Below, piece after piece: positions 59,107 to 64,000 of a stretch of DNA of 64,000 nt (position 1 is its first letter; each line of letters opens with the position of its first letter). The DNA is taken from positions 96,001 to 160,000 of the forward strand of contig JAHQWJ010000014.1 in assembly GCA_029856125.1 (NCBI GenBank), in the 5' to 3' direction. Origin of the DNA: Promethearchaeia archaeon (GTDB lineage: Archaea; Asgardarchaeota; Lokiarchaeia; Sigyniarchaeales; SOKP01). The notes under the pieces are model-generated. The model saw nothing but the letters and a program-made list of their open reading frames with translations, had not been told where the DNA came from and did not search any database. The translations under genes were made by a program, and so were the position numbers.

Positions 59107-59359
59107 TATTTCTTCCCTCTATTTATACAAAAATAATACAAAATTATACTAAATATAATTTATAAAATGGAAAATAAAATTTTTCAAGAGAAAAGAACTT
59201 AAAATCATATTTAAAATTATTGACACCATTGTCTAATGATAAGTTTTAACCAATAGAGTAGAGATATTTGAAATTATTTCTCAGAATGAAATTATTGAAT
59301 TATTCTTGTTTCAATGAAGAACGAGTTCGATAGAACTCTTTATATAAATAAATATTAAA

Positions 59360-60682
59360 TTAATTGATTTGATAAAAATGTTCTTCAAATTCAGGCTTGC
59401 CTTGATACTTTTGCATGAAGATTAACGGGGCCTTTTCGAGATTCTTAAAAAGATACGAAGGTGCTCTGATTCCTGCTTGCCTTAGAGCGTCTTGTATTCT
59501 ATCAACTTCAGGGGGGCATCCATCAATTGCGATCAATTCTTTGATATTTGGATGGTCCTTTTGCTTATTGATTATGCATTGTCCAAGTAATATTGTTTTA
59601 TTCATCCCCTCAGAAGGTTCCATGATTTTTCCGGTAAGAACTTCTATATTGTCAAAATCCTTACCCTTCCACGCTGATTTAATTGCTACTAGTAAAACTG
59701 CATTGTAAAAACTGCAATAAGTACACATAGTATCATCGTATTTACGATACCTTAGCCCCCCAATACCTGCTTTTGCGTAAGAAAGAGGTAATGTATTATT
59801 ATTTTTGTAGATATAGTCCCATCCATGAGGCACGGCAAGATCTTCTATACTTTCTCCTATAACCTCAATTTCTGATAAATCTACCGGACGATTTCTATCC
59901 TTAGCTGCCTGGACTAAATGGGGAACAGCAGTAGGAGCTATACCTAGTAAACTAGAACCCACCATATCTGCGGAGAGCATGTTATTGGAAGCGACTATAA
60001 TATCGCTTCTATGAGCTTTACCATCAAAAGATGGACCTCGTTCAAGCGTGTAAATCCCGTCAATGATTGTAAGGCCAGGAGGTGCTTTATCTGCAAGGTG
60101 TGACACATTATAATGTAAGGTGTATTTGGGATCGTCACCATGGAACTTTTTACGCGATGGAATATTTATCAAGCCTTTTAGATTTTTTAATCCTAAACTA
60201 ACAACGCATTGTGCGTGAGTTTTAAGAACAGGAACATCAATTAAAAAATCTGAATGAAGCATATCTGCATTCATTTTTGCGGATACCCCTTCTGCTAACT
60301 CTACTTTTTCAAAAGGTCGTTGAAAAATATCGTATACTTTAACACCATATCGTTCCTTAAAAATATTATATCCAAGCTTTTCGAATGCGTCCTTAGCTGT
60401 TTCTCTATCTTTTGGGCTTTCAGTAACTATTCCTTCTCCGATGGTAATGTCGGTTACACCATGTTCTTTTAACAATATTAAAATTTCCTCCATTACGCTC
60501 GAAGTTGTTAGCATACCCCATTTAGGAAAGTCACAATGCCTATTCCAATAAACCAAATTAGGTTTTATGAAAACTTTTGCGTTAGGATCAAGTTTTTCAA
60601 ATCCATTTACAAGTTTGACAGCTTTCCGAACAGAATCTTTTTCCTTTTCATATTTTACTATAGATACTATCGATTTGCTCAT
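59360..60682 (-). CDS. DUF362 domain protein (Fe-S associated), tandem paralog 1
   Basis: IKPNLV, PVLKTH, SLGLKNLKG, IIDGI, D...CTYC, GQC, GCPP. Confidence 0.88.
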   Translation of the reverse strand: MSKSIVSIVKYEKEKDSVRKAVKLVNGFEKLDPNAKVFIKPNLVYWNRHCDFPKWGMLTTSSVMEEILILLKEHGVTDITIGEGIVTESPKDRETAKDAFEKLGYNIFKERYGVKVYDIFQRPFEKVELAEGVSAKMNADMLHSDFLIDVPVLKTHAQCVVSLGLKNLKGLINIPSRKKFHGDDPKYTLHYNVSHLADKAPPGLTIIDGIYTLERGPSFDGKAHRSDIIVASNNMLSADMVGSSLLGIAPTAVPHLVQAAKDRNRPVDLSEIEVIGESIEDLAVPHGWDYIYKNNNTLPLSYAKAGIGGLRYRKYDDTMCTYCSFYNAVLLVAIKSAWKGKDFDNIEVLTGKIMEPSEGMNKTILLGQCIINKQKDHPNIKELIAIDGCPPEVDRIQDALRQAGIRAPSYLFKNLEKAPLIFMQKYQGKPEFEEHFYQIN

Positions 60683-60724
60683 AAATTTACATCTTTTCTT
60701 TAATTAAAAATTATTAGGAAAATT

Positions 60725-60744
60725 AATATTAACTATTTTAAAAA
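60725..60744 (-). promoter_or_regulatory. Conserved upstream element of DUF362 paralog 1
   Basis: AATATTAACTATTTTAAAAA identical to 62197-62216, at same distance from ATG. Confidence 0.6.
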
Positions 60745-60843
60745 GTAATTTATTTTTGGAAATTTTACATCATATTACCAATAATGTGAACTCCTTTTGT
60801 CAAAGATTTAAATAACTAAATTTGATATTAAAAAAAGAAAAAG

Positions 60844-62154
60844 CTATTTTAATTTGTAGAATGACTCTTCAAATTCAGATTTACCTTTGTATTTTTGTAA
60901 AAAGATGATGCCCCCGGCATCCTCGTTTCCTTCTTGAAATGTAAGAGGATTAACCTTTATTCCACATATTTCAAAAGCATTTTTAATATCTTCCATTGAA
61001 GGTGGGCACCCTCTAATAGGCACTAGTTCATTGATATTAGGATGATCTCTATTTTTCTTATATTGACATTGACCAACTAGGATTGTTTTATTCATGCCGG
61101 CCGAAGGTTCCATAATTTTTCCTGTTAGAAATTCGATACCACCAAATGTATCCCCATTCCATGCATTTCTTAGTAGTACTAATAATAAACCATTAATCAT
61201 ACTACAGTAGGTACACATGGTGGAGTCATATCGTCTGTATTTTAATCCTTTAAATTGTCTAGTATAGAAAGGAAGCGGTAAATCCCCAGCTTCATTATAT
61301 ATAAACTCCCATTCGTGATGGGAAGCTAAGGCTTCGATTTTTTCTCCGACAACCTCAATCTCTGATAAACTTGTCGATCTATCTTTATCTTTAGCAGCTT
61401 GGACCAAGTGTGGTACATCTGAAGGATCAATACCTAACATTTTTGCACCTACCATATCAGCCGATAAAATATCTTTAGATGCGATTAATACATTTGTTTT
61501 GTGAGCTTTTCCATCCATCGAAGGACCACGTTCTAGCGTATAAATTCCATCAATAAGAGTTAAACACGGAGGAATATTATTTGGAAGTTTTGCAACGTTG
61601 AAGTGGAGGGTTTTTATAGGATCAGCACTATGAAATTTCTTTCGAGATGCAATATTAATAAATCCTTTAAGATTTTTCATCCCCAAACTTACTACTGCTT
61701 GACTATGAGTTTTTAAAGTGGGTAAACTAATAATATAATCAGCGTTCAGCGCATCAGAGGCAAAATTAACAAGAAAATCACATCCCATATCTATTTTTTC
61801 ATATGGTCTATCATTAGTATTAATTAGTTTTACACCAAATCGCTCCTTTAATTTGCTATACCCTAATTTTTTGAAAGCGTCTTGAGCAGCTTCATTACTA
61901 ACAAAGCCCTCACCAATTGTTATGTCGTCAATTCCTTTTTCTTTTAAAAGAGTCACAACATCTTCCATAACCCTGGATGTAGTAATAACGCCCCATTTAG
62001 GATAAGGACCACTGCTCCAATAGACAATATTCGGTTTAATGAATATTTTTGCTTCTTTAGGCAAATCATCAAATAAATTGGATAACTCAACAACCTTACG
62101 TACGGATTCTAGAGGTTCTTCATATTTAACTACAGAAACTAAATTTTTACTCAT
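60844..62154 (-). CDS. DUF362 domain protein, tandem paralog 2
   Basis: IKPNIV, PTLKTH, SLGMKNLKG, CTYC, GQC, GCPP; collinear with 59360. Confidence 0.88.
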   Translation of the reverse strand: MSKNLVSVVKYEEPLESVRKVVELSNLFDDLPKEAKIFIKPNIVYWSSGPYPKWGVITTSRVMEDVVTLLKEKGIDDITIGEGFVSNEAAQDAFKKLGYSKLKERFGVKLINTNDRPYEKIDMGCDFLVNFASDALNADYIISLPTLKTHSQAVVSLGMKNLKGFINIASRKKFHSADPIKTLHFNVAKLPNNIPPCLTLIDGIYTLERGPSMDGKAHKTNVLIASKDILSADMVGAKMLGIDPSDVPHLVQAAKDKDRSTSLSEIEVVGEKIEALASHHEWEFIYNEAGDLPLPFYTRQFKGLKYRRYDSTMCTYCSMINGLLLVLLRNAWNGDTFGGIEFLTGKIMEPSAGMNKTILVGQCQYKKNRDHPNINELVPIRGCPPSMEDIKNAFEICGIKVNPLTFQEGNEDAGGIIFLQKYKGKSEFEESFYKLK

Positions 62155-62196
62155 GTAATTACACCTTTTCTTATATTAAAAATAATTAGTGAATTG

Positions 62197-62216
62197 AATA
62201 TTAACTATTTTAAAAA
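62197..62216 (-). promoter_or_regulatory. Conserved upstream element of DUF362 paralog 2
   Basis: Identical 20-mer to 60725-60744. Confidence 0.6.
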
Positions 62217-62304
62217 TTAATTTGTTATTGAAATTTACTCCTTTACTATAGTTTGGCCGTTTTTTCTTAGGGTTGCTATTATAAGTTCATTAAAAAAAAT
62301 AAAA

Positions 62305-64000
62305 TTAGAAATATATCTCAGATCGTCTTGCCATGTATTTAACAAATTCGAAGGAAACGATACAAATTAACGAAATTAAGAAACACACTAGCCAGTCTAA
62401 TCCCGTAAGGAACATAAATCTAAAGTTTAAGCCCCAATCAGCGAGCGTTACTTGGACTCCAGGAATATACATGAGTGCAAGAAACAGTGCAAACAAGAAT
62501 CCAATTAGTAAGTACATGAATCGGGTGCTATCTTCTTTAATACTCATGATTAATGATTTGTTAGGTCTCCTAATTTGCAGCACTAAAAATGACTCGCAGA
62601 TGAAAATAGTCACCATTAACATAGTAAGAGTTTTAGCTTCGTTTAGAGAAATTCCACTTCCATCTGGGAATGTGAGGGGAGAAAACAAATAGGCTTCGTT
62701 TAAATCTCCGAAATTGATAACAGAAACCTCAGGACCCAAAAGTGTCGTGAAATAAACAACGATCATACTAATTGCTAATAAAGCTCCAAATATAAAGAGA
62801 AGAATTATGGTATTTTTTGATAAGATTTCCTCCTCGTCGTGTGGTTTCTGCTTCATCAAATCTTTAGAATTGCGATCGAATGTGAGAATTAAGCCCGGAA
62901 ATATGTGAACGGTTATCGAGAGGAAAATCCATTGGTAATAAAATGCGTCGTCTAAAAAGTAGGGGAAATTGAGAATAACAGATAAAATAAACTGGACTAT
63001 GCCTTCAAAAACATTTATACAGATATAGAAAAATACAACTGCTCTGATGCGAGCAAAAATGCCACGCCCTTGCTCGATACCTGTAACGATCGATGTAAAA
63101 GAATCATCGCTTATTACCATATCGCTCGCTTCCTTCGCAACATCAGTTCCTTGAATCCCCATAGCTATTCCTGCATCTGCCATATTCAAGGCTAGAGCGT
63201 CGTTAACCCCATCTCCGGTCATAGCCACAACTTGATTAGCTTCTTGGTATTTTTCAATTATATCTTGTTTATGCTCTGGAGATACCCTAGCAAACACTTT
63301 TATTCTGCCAAAATCAAAAAATGATTTAACTTTTTTTATTGCTTTTCCTTCTACTACAATTTCATCCTTGTTTTTAATAATAGAGATTTGTTGGGCAATA
63401 GCTTTCGCCGTTGTGGGAGAATCTCCTGTGATCATTACTACATCCACCCCAGCGTTGTGACATTGCTCAATGCTTTGTTTCACACCTTCCCGAGGAGGAT
63501 CATGGATCGTTACAAACCCAATGTATATCATATCTGACTCGCACAACTTTCTGCTTTTCTCGTCTTCTTGTGGAATAGTATCTAGTTTCTTATAACACAA
63601 ACTCAAGATTCTATATCCTTGTCCAGCGTAGATATCCGAAATCTTCAAAATTTTGTCTCTAATTTCGTTAGAAAATTTTAACTCTTGATCTTTATATAAG
63701 ACTTTTTTGCAGAGCGGGATTAATATCTCACTAGCACCTTTAGTAAAAGAATAAAATTTACCCTCTTTTTTATAAACTTTAGTCATTCTTTTAACTTTAG
63801 AATCGAATGGATGCTCTTTAACGTATTCAAAATCTTCTAGGAGATAATCGCCCATCCCCTTTTGAAAAAGAACCATTAAAGCTCCTTCTGTAGGAGAACC
63901 AATTACATTCCAGTTATTGATAGTTTTTCCTGATACTTCAATCTCATTTTTTACCAATGCTGAGTTATTGTTCAAGAAACCTGAAGTTAAAAGCAATTTG
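62305..64000 (-). CDS. Cation-transporting P-type ATPase (type II, Ca2+-like), 5' part beyond window
   Basis: GSPTEGAL, PFDS, KGASE, DPPR, MITGD, FARVSPEHK, MTGDGVNDA, C-terminal TMs. Confidence 0.95.
   Translation of the reverse strand, partial: KLLLTSGFLNNNSALVKNEIEVSGKTINNWNVIGSPTEGALMVLFQKGMGDYLLEDFEYVKEHPFDSKVKRMTKVYKKEGKFYSFTKGASEILIPLCKKVLYKDQELKFSNEIRDKILKISDIYAGQGYRILSLCYKKLDTIPQEDEKSRKLCESDMIYIGFVTIHDPPREGVKQSIEQCHNAGVDVVMITGDSPTTAKAIAQQISIIKNKDEIVVEGKAIKKVKSFFDFGRIKVFARVSPEHKQDIIEKYQEANQVVAMTGDGVNDALALNMADAGIAMGIQGTDVAKEASDMVISDDSFTSIVTGIEQGRGIFARIRAVVFFYICINVFEGIVQFILSVILNFPYFLDDAFYYQWIFLSITVHIFPGLILTFDRNSKDLMKQKPHDEEEILSKNTIILLFIFGALLAISMIVVYFTTLLGPEVSVINFGDLNEAYLFSPLTFPDGSGISLNEAKTLTMLMVTIFICESFLVLQIRRPNKSLIMSIKEDSTRFMYLLIGFLFALFLALMYIPGVQVTLADWGLNFRFMFLTGLDWLVCFLISLICIVSFEFVKYMARRSEIYF

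Noticed and set aside
988-62692. Many short ORFs in the track overlapping longer genes on the opposite strand or in another frame (e.g. 988, 5330, 14331, 20265, 34375, 42507, 59415, 62333)
   Set aside because: Shadows of well-supported genes; compositions mirror the antisense of the real codons and have no motifs

Overview
Strongly AT-rich, gene-dense archaeal chromosome segment, most consistent with an Asgard archaeon of the Lokiarchaeia type (inferred from multiple small GTPases with roadblock and longin/uDENN-like modules, an archaeosortase, eL13, stand-alone MtrH and AGGTGA-type Shine-Dalgarno sites). The first ~33 kb holds a dense set of eukaryotic-signature signalling genes. These are four paralogous uDENN/longin-like modules (three fused to small GTPases, one cut by the window edge), three Arf/Rag-like GTPases with C-terminal roadblock domains, a Rab-like GTPase, a stand-alone roadblock protein, a longin-wHTH protein and a 1387-aa CUB/Ig-TM-longin receptor-like protein. 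At 33.6-36.1 kb is a small repeat-bounded variable island: a 115-bp duplication of a gene 3' end, a 66-bp repeat pair and a frameshifted LRR gene. The rest is mostly amino-acid/lipid catabolism, transport and redox genes (hydrolases, 3-hydroxyacyl-CoA dehydrogenase, BKACE, kbl/tdh, MFS, tandem DUF362, P-type ATPase). At least four genes appear to start at non-canonical codons (ATT, ATC/ATA, CTG) upstream of the ORF-track start. No rRNA, tRNA, CRISPR array, transposase or integrase was recognised. All family calls are from motif recognition by eye, not database searches.
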